Assembly (NCBI GenBank): GCA_043228905.1
Contig: JBHGNT010000007.1
Span: 4,340,001-4,404,000, forward strand
Direction: 5' to 3'
Length of the DNA: 64,000 nt
DNA from: Azolla caroliniana
Taxonomy: Eukaryota > Plantae > Polypodiophyta
Shown: positions 1 to 13,307 of the stretch, in pieces
Layout: every line of letters starts with the position of its first letter
Position numbering within the stretch: the first letter of the stretch is position 1
Position numbers and translations under genes: made by a program
The notes under the pieces: generated by a model
What the model saw: the letters and a program-made list of their open reading frames with translations, nothing else
The model's database searches: none
Told to the model about the DNA's origin: nothing

Positions 1-589
1 ACATTGGTTATTACCCTATATGTTAGTATACCTCTACACAAATTTTTTTGTATGTATCTTCCAAACCAACAAGTAACAATCACGAAAGGTTCACATGTAC
101 TACATAAAAGTGCTATACTTGTCACAAAATGTTAATATCAAGATTCAAACCTATAGCCTTCAAACAAGAGTCTTACGGTCTTTCAATTAACAAATATGCA
201 TGTCATATTATTATTATTTAGAGTTATGTGGCGTTGTACACAATGGATGATCGCCAAATGGCATGTGTGTATGTACTTTAAGTGGCACACAACATGTATG
301 CTAAGTGACGATCATGCATGATCCCATGTACGGTATATAAATGGAATATATGTTTAGTGTTGAACCATTCCAATGCAATGTGAGTCTTAAGTAACCTTGT
401 CATCTTGGCCTCTGGGTAATACAAATCCTGGTCTTCTTGTTCTGTTATTGTCTTCTTGTTCTTTTCTTCGAAATCGACATCGTCTTCAAAGCTTCGGTTG
501 TGACCGTTTGAATCGGAATACACTTTTCCTTTTTCCCAAATATTTGGCCGAATCTTCTCATCACAATGGAGACTATTAGTAAACAAGAG

Positions 590-1300
590 TATATGTGTAT
601 TGTATCTAAGCTTGATCTCCTAATGACAAAATTTGTCACATTGGAACAAGAGAATCAAAAGCTTCTTTGCAACTTGTAGTGAGGGTTGAAAAGGCACAAC
701 AACATGAAGTCAACTCTCTAAACATGTCCAACAACTTGAAGCCGATGTGTTATCTCTTCAACAACAAGGTTCAATATCTCAAAGCTTGTTGAAGGAACCC
801 AAAATTAGTTTGCCAACAAAGTTTGATGGTACGATGTCTTTAAATTCAAGGATTATTAAATCAGATGTGCCTTGTAATTCATATGCATCCCAACTGATAT
901 CCAATTGACAAAGCTTGATTGGGTTAGTTGGAACATTTGACAAGAACCACACCAACATGGTTTGCACCATTGCTATAGAAGAAGTCTGGGCCCCTATACT
1001 AGTCTAAGAGAACTTTGATATGTTTATCAATTATTTCCTAGCTAGTTTTGGTGATACAAATAGTGTAAGAACGATGATAAACAAAATCAAATTAACATTG
1101 CGTCAAGGAGATTGGTTTGCCGCAACTTACACAACATATTTTTGTCTTCTTGCTTGTGATATCCCTTTAGATGAAGTGGCGATAATGGACTTATTCCGAC
1201 ATGGTTTGCATAATTATGTTAAAGACTTACTTCTGACATTTCATGAACCTAAATTACTGACAAAAGCTATTAGCCACACAATTTTACCTCTTTGAGAATC
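590..1300 (+). mobile_element. Degenerate Ty3/gypsy gag fragment
   Basis: Broken frames read EPKISLPTKFDG (735-770) and FGDTNSVRTMINKIKLTLRQG..AATYTTYF..LACDIPLDEVAIMDLFRHGLHNYVKD (ORF 1020-1295), typical of retrotransposon gag; contains stops and frameshifts. Confidence 0.7.
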
Positions 1301-1749
1301 AACTTCGATCTCGTGTTGATCTCCAAACAAATAGTCTTGATGCCTACCACCTTTGAAAGCCCATCATTGCCCATCTTCACAACTCTGAAATGCCCTTAAG
1401 AATAAGAAGTAAAAAACACCCTTCTAAATGTGACATGGAACGATGCCCCATTATCAACAATCCAATTAGTTTCATTGTAACCAAGACTAATTAGGTTTTC
1501 ATCAAAAACGAGTAAATCATCTAAGAAACTTGTATTAGCATGATTAGAATTTCATGCTTAACACTAGATGTGTCGTTCTTCTTTTTTCATTTGAAACAGT
1601 ACCTCTTTATTCTTGTTTTACCACAAAAATGACATTCTAAATCCTTATACTTAGGTTTTGATTTACTCCTACTCCTTCAGTTGTTATGACTTTGGCTTGT
1701 ATGCATACTCCTCCCTCTATCAACCATCAAGATCTCCAAATGTGATGAT

Positions 1750-3360
1750 GTCCCTTGTGTCCTTCACTACATCTCCTTGTTTAGAACACTGCTCTTGACA
1801 TATTCTGTAGTCACAATTCCGTTTGGCGCTACATTAGTTAATGATACCCTAAAAGTTTCCCATGAATCAGGAAGGGTGTTTAACAACCAAAGTGCAAGTA
1901 TCTTGAATGATGATGATGGAAAGAAGAGAGAAAGAAGATATATAAATCCAAATCTACAAAGATATATTGATAACACCTCAACCACACTACATGAACGGGA
2001 AAGAAAACACCCAAAGAAATAGACCAAGAACACCCCTCCACACAACCTTACTCCTCTGCCCTTCTTTTTCACGATTTTTTCAATTTTTTTTTTACGAGTC
2101 CTATTTTTAGCTATGACACAACGACCTTCTCATCATCATATCTCCCTCAGTAGAGCTCCAAATTTAGCGATGGAAAATTCTAAACATAGCTGCCTTCACG
2201 AGCTTTCCAACCATATTTGAACATGATATTTGGGTTTCAAACGAAAAAGTTATGAGTGTTTGTATCAAACTGTTTTTTGCTAGCCTCCTTTTTCTCCATG
2301 TCTCAAGATTTTGATTCGTGTTCTTGCCCTCCAAATGTGAATGCTCCATACCTTATATTCTTATAGTGTTGAATAGGTTGAATTCTAAAAACACTTTCAT
2401 AAATCTCGTCATCCAATTTTACTCCCATACCAAAAAGTTGATCGAAACATCCTTGAAATTCATTTAAATAATGAGAGATAGAATTACCTTCGTTATACAC
2501 TAAATGGATGGCTTATTTAAGCAAAAACAACTTATTGCTACCTATCTTAGATGCATACAATGTTTTGAGATTGTTCCATGGAACTTTGGCATTTGTTTCA
2601 TTCACAATATGGTTTAAGACATTATCTCCTACTCATTGTTGAATAAAACCACATACTTGTTGGTTCTTGAAAAACCATTCCTTGGTGGTTTTGCTCTTAG
2701 ATTTAGATGCTATGAAAACAGTAAGTGTAAAATTTTCACGAAAAGGTCTTTCATCTTACCTTTCCATTTGTTGTAGTTGGTGTCGATTAAGCAAACCATC
2801 GTGAAATATTTGCCTCCATACGAAAGTGTTAAACCTCGGCTTTGATACCTCTTGATCGAAATCTTGATAACACTTTATCACTTATATGAGACAAAGAAAG
2901 ATTATGTTGTGCAAAATTGTTCAAAGGAAACAACGAGATATACAATAAAAACTATGCACGATACACCACAAATTTTTAACTTGGAAAACCCTCAAGGAGG
3001 TAAAAAACCATGGGTCCTAGTCTAGAAATAATTCACTATCAACGCAAAACATGTACAACAAATTTCTACTCTAAACAAGTGCTAGGTGACGGAGGCGGTA
3101 ATGTCAAAAATGTCCGCATTCAATGGTGTACATAAGAGCATTGATGGAGTGGGCCAAGAATGAGAGCATAAGCTCTCCAAAATCTGTTTTTCTTTCTACA
3201 ACAAAAAATGCTTGTTTTCGCCTTTTAACTCGTTTTCAAAAGTGAGTATAGATGTGCAAATACATCTAAGAATGATCCCTTTTCACACTCTATCTAAAAT
3301 TAAAACATTTTGGGTGTCCAAGGCCCATCAACACCAAAACTATGGCCAGAGAATCTAACA
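1750..3360 (-). mobile_element. Degenerate Ty1/copia 5' portion (LTR ~2853-3360, PBS, gag)
   Basis: Minus strand starts TGTTAGA at 3360; PBS-like GGTATCAAAG at ~2840-2850; gag-like text YNEGNSISHYLNEFQGCFDQLFGMGVKLDDE and LWLLNTLPDSWETFRVSL. Confidence 0.7.
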
Positions 3361-3367
3361 AACTCAT

Positions 3368-3400
<33 letters not shown>

Positions 3401-4019
3401 GACTTTGGAAACCACCTTGATGATATCGTATTTTTCTGTTTATAGGACAAAGAAGAAGGATTTTAGCATTTTTGAAGTAATGCAACATGTAATGTGTCAT
3501 AATTAATGTGCCTCTAAACGGTTGTACATTGTATAATTTGACAGCGGAACTTTATCATGTTATAAAGCAGTAGTAGCAAGTGTTTTACATTTAATCTCAT
3601 CCCCTTCTACAAAGATAGTCATTAGGGATATATTCAAGAACTCGGTGTGATGTTGGATGACATCATAAAGCAAAAGCACCATTTTATAAAAGAGATAGGT
3701 ATGAATGACTCGATTTCGGATGCCTCAAGTAGAATAATCAGTTGTATGAGCTATCAATATCAATGTGTAGATTTGATAGCTGGGGGATGCGGTTTGGAGA
3801 CGTGCTTTTAAGAGGAACTAAATCATGGCAAGGTTTTACTTGACAACGTATGTTAGACTATATCGAGAACTCCATCGAGGTTGCGTGTGATTCAGTTTGG
3901 AGATGTGCTTTTTTTAAGAAGAACTAAATCCTCACAAAATTTACATGACAACATATATGTATGTACAAACACATTGCTTCTTCTTTTTTAAAACAAATCG
4001 GACGGAAATGTTCGCATAT

Positions 4020-4137
4020 ACCATACCATACCTCAATATCTTCATTGATCCATACCATACCTCAATATCTTCATTCGATCGAATACCTCAATATCTTCAT
4101 CGATCCATACCATACCTCAATATCTTCATTCGATCGA
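4020..4137. repeat. Short tandem repeat, 4 units of ~24-33 bp with core ATACCTCAATATCTTCAT
   Basis: Core seen four times, 3' of the first secreted-protein gene. Confidence 0.85.
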
Positions 4138-4376
4138 AGGATGTGTGGTGACATGAACAACCAACTGACCTGAATCAAAGTAAAAAGTGATAAAAGAAAA
4201 AGAAAAAACATTACAAGAAGAGCAAACACTTTACATATAAAAAAGGACCACACTTAACATACAGAGAAGACCACAATTACATAAACCCCAACATATTAAA
4301 GAGGAAACATAGGCCTGAGATCACTGAGAAAACGCTTAATTGTCGCTGAATTTTTGCCACTTTGATTTGCCTAAAA

Positions 4377-4775
4377 TCAGCCTGCGTTTGGATTCTTCTC
4401 TCCACTTTTCAGCTGCTGATTAACCACGTTTACGCAAACCTTCACAAATGGCGGTAGACTCAGAGATTTCTCCAACACCTTAAGAGTATCCGACAGCGCA
4501 GGTGCTGTTGGATCACCATGATTCTCTTTAGCTTTGTACGCTTGCACCACGAGTCTGCAAATGTAGTACTGCGACTGCAACTGCAAGTTTTCACGTTTCT
4601 TGGACTTGTTGTACTGCAAGTGCAAAGCTTTGATTCTACTCGTCGCTTTGACAACACCATTCCATGGCATGGCTGCTGCTGTTGCTGTTGCTGGGCGGTC
4701 TACACTTAAGAATGGATTGCAAAGGATAGAGGCGATGAATAGCAGGAGCAGGAACAGATGTGGTTTCATGGCCAT
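4377..4775 (-). CDS. Small secreted cationic 2-Cys protein, paralog 1 (132 aa, intronless)
   Basis: Hydrophobic signal peptide MAMKPHLFLLLLFIASILC, then an ATATAAA cleavage-like stretch; C..VV..Y and LPPFVKVC motifs shared with two paralogs in the window; (CTT)n 5' leader. Confidence 0.8.
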   Translation of the reverse strand: MAMKPHLFLLLLFIASILCNPFLSVDRPATATAAAMPWNGVVKATSRIKALHLQYNKSKKRENLQLQSQYYICRLVVQAYKAKENHGDPTAPALSDTLKVLEKSLSLPPFVKVCVNVVNQQLKSGEKNPNAG

Positions 4776-7067
4776 ATCTATTCTTCTTCAATCAGAAGAA
4801 GAAGAAGAAGAAGAAAGAACCACAAATTTCTGAAGAAGAAGAAGAAGAAGAAGAAGAAGTGAGATTTTTGAACTGTGAATTTAGTGTGTGTTTTTTTGGA
4901 AAGAAAGCTTCTTAATTGTAAAAATTGAAGTGAGGTTTTTGTGAATATGATTATATGTGTTTGGAAGAATAGCTTCTTAAATTTTACACACCCAATAGAG
5001 AAAGTGAGATGGATGATTGTAATCTTGCAAATGTGCCTTTAAATACCCCTTCTCGTCTCGTCTCGTCTCGTAAAGCATCATCGAAAGGTTGTTGTAGTCT
5101 AGTCTTCCGACTTCAATGCCATTCAAAATGTCCTCGTTCGATGATTGTGACATCTGACCAGATGTCCTTTTGTTCCATAGAACTAAAATACGATAAGCTT
5201 TTGTCTTGTTTCCTAGGGAGTCATATGTTTTATGCGTAATGGCATGACTCCATTCTTCGAACATTATCCAACCAAGGAAATATTCAAAAGCATATGTTGC
5301 ACTTTTGTAAGAACATACAATTGAACAATAGACTATTTATTGCATGTTGGGATGGCACCAAATATGTATATGATGGGTCATTGTTCTAAAAAAGACTAAA
5401 TGTGCCTGATGAGACTTTGTCGTCGTTTTCTCAGGAGAAATATGTTACACCCTATGTGTTCAATGAACTTTATGGCCCCATTAAGTTTGGAAGAAGCTTC
5501 TTATTTACACCAAGTGAGACAAAACACCAACAAAAAAGTGGCTCCTATGTCTCCAAAGATAATAATCATGCAATGTGCCTTAAATACCACGCGGTAATGC
5601 ATGGAAAGATTGTAGTCTAGTACTCTAGCTTCAACGTCATTCAAATGTTTTGGTTTGATTGTGACATTTGACCAAATGTCGTTCTATTCCAAAGAACTAA
5701 AATCATGAGCTTGTTGGGTTCATGTTGGGATGACAACAAATATATTTGTTCATTGTTCTATAGAAGATTAACTAAGATGAGACTTAGTGTTGTTTCATAA
5801 GAGAAATATGCTACGCATAGTGTGTTCAATGAACTTTTTGGCCCCATTCGTGAGTTTTATTAAACGTTGTAGATAATGCAATCTCATCGTATGAATTCAT
5901 ATCAAATCAAACCATATCACACCACGCCACATAACACCATTACCTAGGTGGTCATTCAAGGCAATAAGTTATCACAAAATGTTTAGAATACATTTTAGAT
6001 TACTCATAAGAATTCTACACATATTCTACATTTTAAAACTACCATTTTAATATATTTCACGCATTCTACATATTCTATGTATTTAACATGTATTTAATTT
6101 TTCCAAAAAGCAATAAATGAAAAAATATGAAAACCTTAAATGTTAAGAAGCATTTAACGTATTTTACATGTATTTTATCAGTAAAATATGTATTCTAAGT
6201 ATTTTTATGAAATAAAACATGGAATACTTTTAAAATACTTAGCTAAGTATTCTACAACAATGATTATCATCTATATGTTAGTATATCTTTGCAAAACGTT
6301 ATACATATGTACCTTCCAAACCAAAAGTAGTATATGTATTGTTCTCCTAACTTCTTTTTGAAAAAAGAAAAGTAGTATGTTGTTCTTCAGCCTTAGATGA
6401 TAGCCATCCAAGAAACTCTAGCCATGATTCAAAAGATTAGTAGTCACTTGTAACAATGGTGTCTGACCCCTTAAACACCAATCAATCCACAGTTGTTCTC
6501 CCCTTGCATCAATGCAATATTTTGTCGTTGTTGACAAATAAACCCATAATTAGGGGGGATTCGTAATCATTGTCGTGCTTCGACAAACTCCAAATTTCTT
6601 TGAGATGGAGCCTCAACTATATCTCCTACCTCTTTGACCCCCAAACAAAACAAACGAATAAACTAAGGGCGCAATCTCTCCTTTCCTAGTCAACATAATA
6701 ACCAAGAAGATACAAGTAACTCTTTTTTGCAAAGAATTACAATGCTCTCTACTAGGTAATGGTTTTCATACACATAACAAGAGGGCTTCTTGCGATGAGG
6801 TAACCAAGCGTTGAACACATGAAGAGCCGGGAATCTTAAGTGAAATAGATCCATTCAATAATTGCCCCCATGAAGCCTTATTCGTTGTCCTCCCATGTGT
6901 TAAACCCTTGTTCTCAATGAAATCCATGGTTGTAAGTCTGAACACATGTCTTGTAATAATGAAAATCTACAAGTCATCATATGTGTTGAGAATCACGCTC
7001 AACCTAACATTGTGTGTGAACACACCCTTTGAGCATCTATGAGCACTCAAAGGTCAAGAGTCATACC

Positions 7068-9527
7068 CAGTGTTGGGCAAAGTCCCAGGAACAGTGTCAG
7101 CCTTCCGGTTGCATTGGGACTTTTGCCGGCCAAGGTGGGGGAATGCCGGAATTGATTCCGGCCAGGTTATCCTACCAACAGGAATCTAGCCGGTTGATAT
7201 TTTTTCAACCGGCTAGTTATATAGTTTTTTAAAAATATAGGTATGTATATATAACAAATATATAGATTTAACTTTCCCCCTCTTTCCCCCTCTTTCCCCC
7301 TTTCTTCCCTCTCGACTCTGCAAATAGTCACGTTTCTTGATCCCTGTTCACTATTTGCTTTCGTCTTCGTCTTCTGCTCCTTCTTCTTCTTCTTCTGCTT
7401 CATCTGCCCCTCCTGGAACAGACTACGTCACTCTCTTTCAACCTTCATATGGAAATGCTCTAACTGGACTTGGTGCTTACACTCCAAGTATTCTCCATCA
7501 TTCCCTTACAGAACTTTCTGCGGGAAATTTCCTTTGTTTTCTCTTCATCAGGTCGATTTTTTTTACTTCTCTTCTCGAATTTCTGTGTATAATTTTGTTT
7601 GTGACGTAGAACTGTGGTGACTCAGATGTGCATATCCATGCATTACATATAAGGTATATACAAAACCATCATAAAAAAAATAGCATGCAACATAGCTAAA
7701 TATAGTTCAAACTATAACCCAAGGTCCTTTGCAAACTTCAATATAGAGAGGTAATTCAGTTGTTGAGATCTCGCTAGACTTAGTGATGACCAACTAATGG
7801 AATTGTATGATTGATTGGGTTTTGGAGGGCTTTAATTGATCTTTCAATGTTGGTTAATGACATTAAGGAAAGTAATTCCCCAAACTTTATGTATGATAGG
7901 TTCTGGCAAATGTTTCTCCCTTAGCCAGTGGAATGATGGCCAGATTCATTGACATGAAAAGACAATAAACCCTCGCATTACATAGTCTTGTACAGAGATT
8001 AGATACACTAAATGATGCAAGAATGAATCCAATGGACAATTTGGAGGCATATTTAGAATAGTGGTGGTGATTAGTGAGGATCATAAGCATATATATGTTG
8101 AGATACATTACCCAATGCCCATAGGCATATATGACATGTTACTCCCATTAATCATGGTTTCATTATATCTGAATTACCCAATGATAGATGGATCATCCAA
8201 ACTTCCATCCACAGATTACCAAACTACCCATTAATCACTAACCATTACCCATTAGAGCTAGATAATGGAGTTCCTTTATACAAACCATTGGATACTAATC
8301 ATTGATAGTAAAGGGGGAGGGAGGAGGGGGGAGGGACTTCTTTTCTCTTCATTTCTTGGGCTTACTGCTAAATGTCTTCTTGAACCACTTGAGGAGGCGA
8401 GTCGCGCCGTTGCGAGACGGCGGCTTGGGGCTAATAACATGGTGGTTATGCATCGGCACATTCGAAGATAAGATAGACACGCTTCCGACGCTCTTGCTCC
8501 TAGCAAAGTGTCCACCAAGGGGTGAAGGTGGGCATTGAACTTGAGTAGTAGTAGTAGTAACTGTAGTAGTACCTATGAGTAGATGGATGCCTTTGTGATC
8601 TTCTCCCACGGAATGATCATTAGCATCACCAATTCCATTGCCATTGATGTGGGCATTACCATAGCCATTGCCATTGCCAATACCATTGCCATTGTAATCC
8701 AATGCCCTCTATACAGTCCATTTCCCTTTTTTATCTTTTACTTCCTAATAGCCTAATCCTAATCTATACATTAGTCATTACCTAATCTCTTTCAAAGCAT
8801 CAAGCGTGACCCAATGGATTACTATCATGATTTAGAATGCCGATCATTAGATAACCTCCCATGATTTGTCACATAAGATTTGTTATATGTCGGTTTATGC
8901 TCGTTGTCGTGAAGAGATGAAATGCAGGATGAAGTGCAAAAGGCCCCTTTGTGAGGCTTATGCAAGCATGTTGATGCCCCATAGGACAAAGTGATTGAAG
9001 TACACGCATGGATAAGGCTAATCATTTGTATGTTGTTGGTAACTTCAGGACATGACCCTATTGCAGTTCCATTTAGAGACTAATGAGGGGATCCCTTAAC
9101 TTCACTAAATTGGATAGTAGATGACAAAGAGTACTACTACATGCGAAAAAATTATAGTTAGCTCCAATTAATCAAATTGCTTGTCCACTAAGAAGAGAAT
9201 ACCTAAAGTGATCATTAAGATGACATGGGTCACATATGTTCAATTAATCGAATTGCCTGCCCATTGAGAAGAGATATACCAAAACTCATCACCAAGATGA
9301 CAAGGGTTTAGGGGATGCATGTCTCTATGTATGTATAATTTTAGAAACGCATGTTGTCCTTGGGGAGTTCTTCTTTTTTTTGGTTATGTGGCCAAAAAAA
9401 ATTTCAACATGTTCCGGTTGACATTGTCGTTGGTAGGAACGTGGCCGGCCAAAATTTTAAAATTCCGGTTAGGTTCATGAGAAGCAGGAAAATTTCCGGT
9501 AGGGGCTACAAACTTTGCCCAACACTG
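7068..9527. mobile_element. Non-autonomous hAT element with internal cargo
   Basis: TIR CAGTGTTGGGCAAAGT / ACTTTGCCCAACACTG; perfect 8-bp TSD GTCATACC (7060-7067 / 9528-9535); CCGG-rich subterminal repeats; no transposase recognised. Confidence 0.9.
7760..9110 (-). pseudogene. Decayed low-complexity coding-like fragment inside the hAT element
   Basis: ORF 8349-8702 (NG repeats, poly-T, FARSKSVGSVS, RLLKWFKKTFSSKPKK) is flanked by stop-interrupted protein-like text; family not recognised. Confidence 0.45.
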
Positions 9528-10020
9528 GTCATACCACTCTCTACACATTAACTATGTGTCATAGAATCATATTCTATGACTAATGAGTTTCATATTCACC
9601 ATTACTAATGAGTCTTCACATTCCCCAAGAGAGAGTGGTTGTTATAGTTAGTTAATGAAGAGAGAGGGTGACTATATATAAAGCACCCTCCTCTTACTTT
9701 ATACTAAGTCGGTTGTGACTCCTTGTAATGCTACATTTTGTATTTGCTATTCTACTTGTGAATATACACCTTCTTGAGTATTCCATTTTCCTTTCATCTA
9801 TCTATTTTGTGTTTTCTCTTCTATCCTCTATTTCCTCTCACACATACACATAACACACATCTCTTCCATTGCACAAGAATCATACCCGATTCTTTACAAT
9901 ATGCATAAATAAGTTCAATATTCCAGCTCCCCCCAAGCGCTTAGGGGTTACTAGATGATTCCACTTAACCCATGTGATTCCCATCTTATCCCTTCTCTCT
10001 CTCTCTCTCTCTCTCTTTGC

Positions 10021-11650
10021 ATGTATTCCTTCTTTGCATGATTAGTTTTTACTCAATGTTCAAGTCTCTTTTAATTGCAAAACTTCAAAATTTCTCTACA
10101 TTTTCATTTTCATTTCTATTGAGTACTATATTCTTTAAATCTGATTGGCCATTTTTGTTTCCTCCCTCCACATAGACAAGCCTTATAATTTATGAAACCA
10201 TTGGTTCGAGTGGTGATCTCCTCATATTTCTTGACATGATCAAATACAAGCAAGTGTTTTTCTTTCCAATCTATTTGTTGACTTAGGTTTACATGCTTTC
10301 ACAACTAATACCATTAGTGTATGCACAACATGCGTAGACTGATCACAAGTAACATTATGATCACATACATAATATATATATATTCAATTAGCATGATTAT
10401 AGTTATACATGACATGTATACACAATGAGCACGATTATATTATACAAGGATTTATATACGTTGTCGTGAAGATTTTCGGCAATGGTGTGAAAATTGCGAG
10501 GAACATATGAAATCAAGTATAGTTCTTCTCACGAAATATAAAACAATAATAGTGAAGATACTATTTTAAATAAGTTTAATATCTTGGTACAAAAATATGG
10601 AGGTTTTGAAGAGCTTTTGAATGCACTTTGCTATATAACAAACAGACATCTAAGTGTCAAGTTATGTGGGTATTAAGTTTGTAAAGAAAAAGAGAAAAAT
10701 AAAAAATTGTGAGATGTCCCACATAGATATGACAAACAAGAATCTCATCATATATAAGGTAGAGCAAAAGCTATTATCTTTGTTTATGTTTGGAGAATAG
10801 AAAGGATGAGTTGAATGACTTGATGAATGGATGTAGTCAATCTTATTAGTTTTGGCCGACAATCAGTGACCGACGGGTGGTGATGGAACCGGCGATCGGT
10901 GATCGGCATCCGGCATCCGGCGACATCGGGATGCGGACCGAACGGATGCAAATCAGATGGGTTGGTCGATCGCGGCGCATGGTGTTTTATAGATATTTGG
11001 TCCAAAAGCCTAATAGTATTTTGTGCTTTAAAAGGGATGTATGCAAGACTTGAACCTTGCACCTCCAAGATAGAAGGCAATAGACTTACTACTAGGCTAT
11101 GTCATTTCCTTAAAAATGGTTTTCCTATCATTATAATTTTACATGTAAATTCTCATATTAGAGCTTGATTGAGTGACATGTGATGCGTGAACGCCAAATG
11201 GCAAACATGCATCACATGCATTCCATGCATTGTATGCATGTCTTGCACCCTCACATGCATCATATGCATGGGAGCATCTATAAAAGGGTGGATGAAAAAG
11301 ATCAAAGGGAACGATGTATTAATCAAGAAATTAAAAGTAAGAAATTCGTTATCCAATTGATGTATCAATCTTGTTCTTCAAATCTAAAGTCAAGAGTTCA
11401 ATCTTAATCTCTCTCAATCTAAAGTCAAGTGTTCTATCTTATCTCAATCTCTCTCTCTCTCAATCTATCTTAAATCCTTTCTCGCTAAAGCTAGTGTGTA
11501 CTTCGAGTCCTTCCGGTCCAGAACCTCGGCGGTTCCGCCTCACGATCCGCACATAGTGACGGATCTTCACGACAACGTATACATGAAAAGCATGATTTCC
11601 ATAAACAAATGACGTGATTATCATATAGATGTAGTTGTAACCTCAGCACA
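10021..11650 (+). pseudogene. Duplicated fragment of the Apd1-like gene (intron 1 end, exon 2 at ~10176-10249, intron 2), split by a solo LTR
   Basis: Aligns by eye with 44104-44650, e.g. GGTGATCTCCTCATATTTC.TGACATG.TCAAATACAAGCAAGTG. Confidence 0.85.
10462..11574 (+). mobile_element. Solo LTR with a 4-bp TSD and an internal tRNA-like segment
   Basis: TGTCGTGAAGAT / ATCTTCACGACA inverted ends; TSD ACGT; empty site visible in the paralog at ~44585-44600; TATA-like CTATAAAAG at ~11278. Confidence 0.8.
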
Positions 11651-12300
11651 TGAAGATGTCATCAAGTTCTTGCATTTGCGCTCTTAGATTCAGGAGCCAA
11701 CTTGTGTTTCAAGATCGAGATTTTGCCACAACACAAGAAATTCTATTTTATAAGCTTCCTTGTCCAACATTTGTAGCAGTAATTGATGGTTGTCCTATTG
11801 CATCAGGAGATATTACTGAAGAATCAAAGACAAATTCGTGTAGTTATCAGTAATTTAGCTTGGGTAATATCTTTCAATATCATTAGCAATCTCGAACATC
11901 CAATTGTTCTTGGTTGGCTTGGTTTGAACTCTATAATCCAAAGACTTATTGGAGGTTGATCCGTGGCATAAAATCATAGACTCACAAGACATTTGCAATT
12001 CAAGGCTCCTCACCACATCAACCTCAAAGCCAAGGTCAAAACATATATCAACTATCTCTGTACAAAGGTTATGTGAAGACGTTAGGATAGAAGAGATGTT
12101 CGTGTTTGCAATGGTTATAACCTGGTTTTCAAAACCACAAGATTCTAAGGTCCATTTTCCATCAAAGTATCAAGAATTCTTAGATACGTTTGATAAGGTA
12201 AAGGCCAAGACATTTCTTAATCATTGGCCAAATGATTACAAGTCCCATCGATTTGCATCTCAAGTGTCGAATATGGTCATATAATGGACGTATTCACACT
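11650..12300 (+). mobile_element. Degenerate gypsy protease/RT-start fragment
   Basis: VAVIDGCPIASGDITEES and PSKYQEFLDTFDKVKAKTFLNHWPND resemble the gypsy protease-RT junction. Confidence 0.65.
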
Positions 12301-13307
12301 ATCTTCTTGTACAAACTATGATAGGCTAATTTTGTAATTAGCATAAAGGGCAGTTGTCCTAGTTTGGTTAGTATATAACCAAACTTGTAACTAGTTTGTA
12401 ATTGTTGTTACTATTGGTTCATCTTGTTAATACATAGTTTTTATTTGTGCCTCTCTGTGTTCTCTGTCTCTCTCTCTTTGTCTCTCTCAAGGTTCCATTG
12501 ATATTTATTCTACTTGTTACTTCAAGTACACAATGTGTACCATTGTTGTACGCTAGATTATCATATTGTGACCCAGTCCCAAGGCGACCCACTCCCAACA
12601 TTTGGTATCAAAGCTCAAGATTGAAACTCCCATTCGGCAATTGCAAACTCACCATTTGTGAGTGAAAGAGGTACTTTCTTGTATTTATGTTCATAGTCCC
12701 TTCGGTTAGATTTCACTTTAGGTAGACCAGATACGATCGTAACCACTCTGAGCAGAAATAACCAACCAATCAACCATTATCAAAATGGCTTCCACATTCG
12801 GCTCATTAGAAATGAGTCTTCGTAAATTTGACTACACCAACTTCAACTTCTGGAAAGAACAGATGCAAGACTATTTGATTTTGAGGGGACAAATCGACCC
12901 TATCGAAACTCAGGTAGACCTAGAAGAATTGGATGAAGTTTGATCAGGTAGCTCGTGTAACCATTCAGATGCATCTGTCCAAATCCTTATATTATACGGT
13001 GCAATCATGTCCAACAACTTATGAGTTCGGGAAAACGTTGTCAAATACATACGAGAAAAAGGTGGCCGCAACAAAGATATATCTTATTCGGCGCCTTTAT
13101 TACCTTTCGATGAAAGTGTCTAATTCGGGCATGGCTCACTTGAACGACTATGAAGGCATAATCTCCCAAATTTTGGTTCAAGGAATGACAATCGATGACA
13201 AGCTGAAAACTCTATTGCTAATGAGCAATCTTCCACCTTTGTAGGAAACCTTCGTCACAAGTTATATAATGCGTCGGCTATGTCCATAAAGTATTCCAAA
13301 ATCACGA

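Larger units (their letters stand above)
6984..9898 (+). mobile_element. Solo LTR related to the copia family at 15892-21179, interrupted by a hAT element
   Basis: TGTTGAGAATC...GATTCTTTACA ends; perfect 5-bp TSD ATATG (6979-6983 / 9899-9903). Confidence 0.9.

Noticed and set aside
11041-11105. Functional tRNA genes (also 13413, 30870, 41400)
   Set aside because: A/B boxes are present but acceptor and anticodon stems are not convincing
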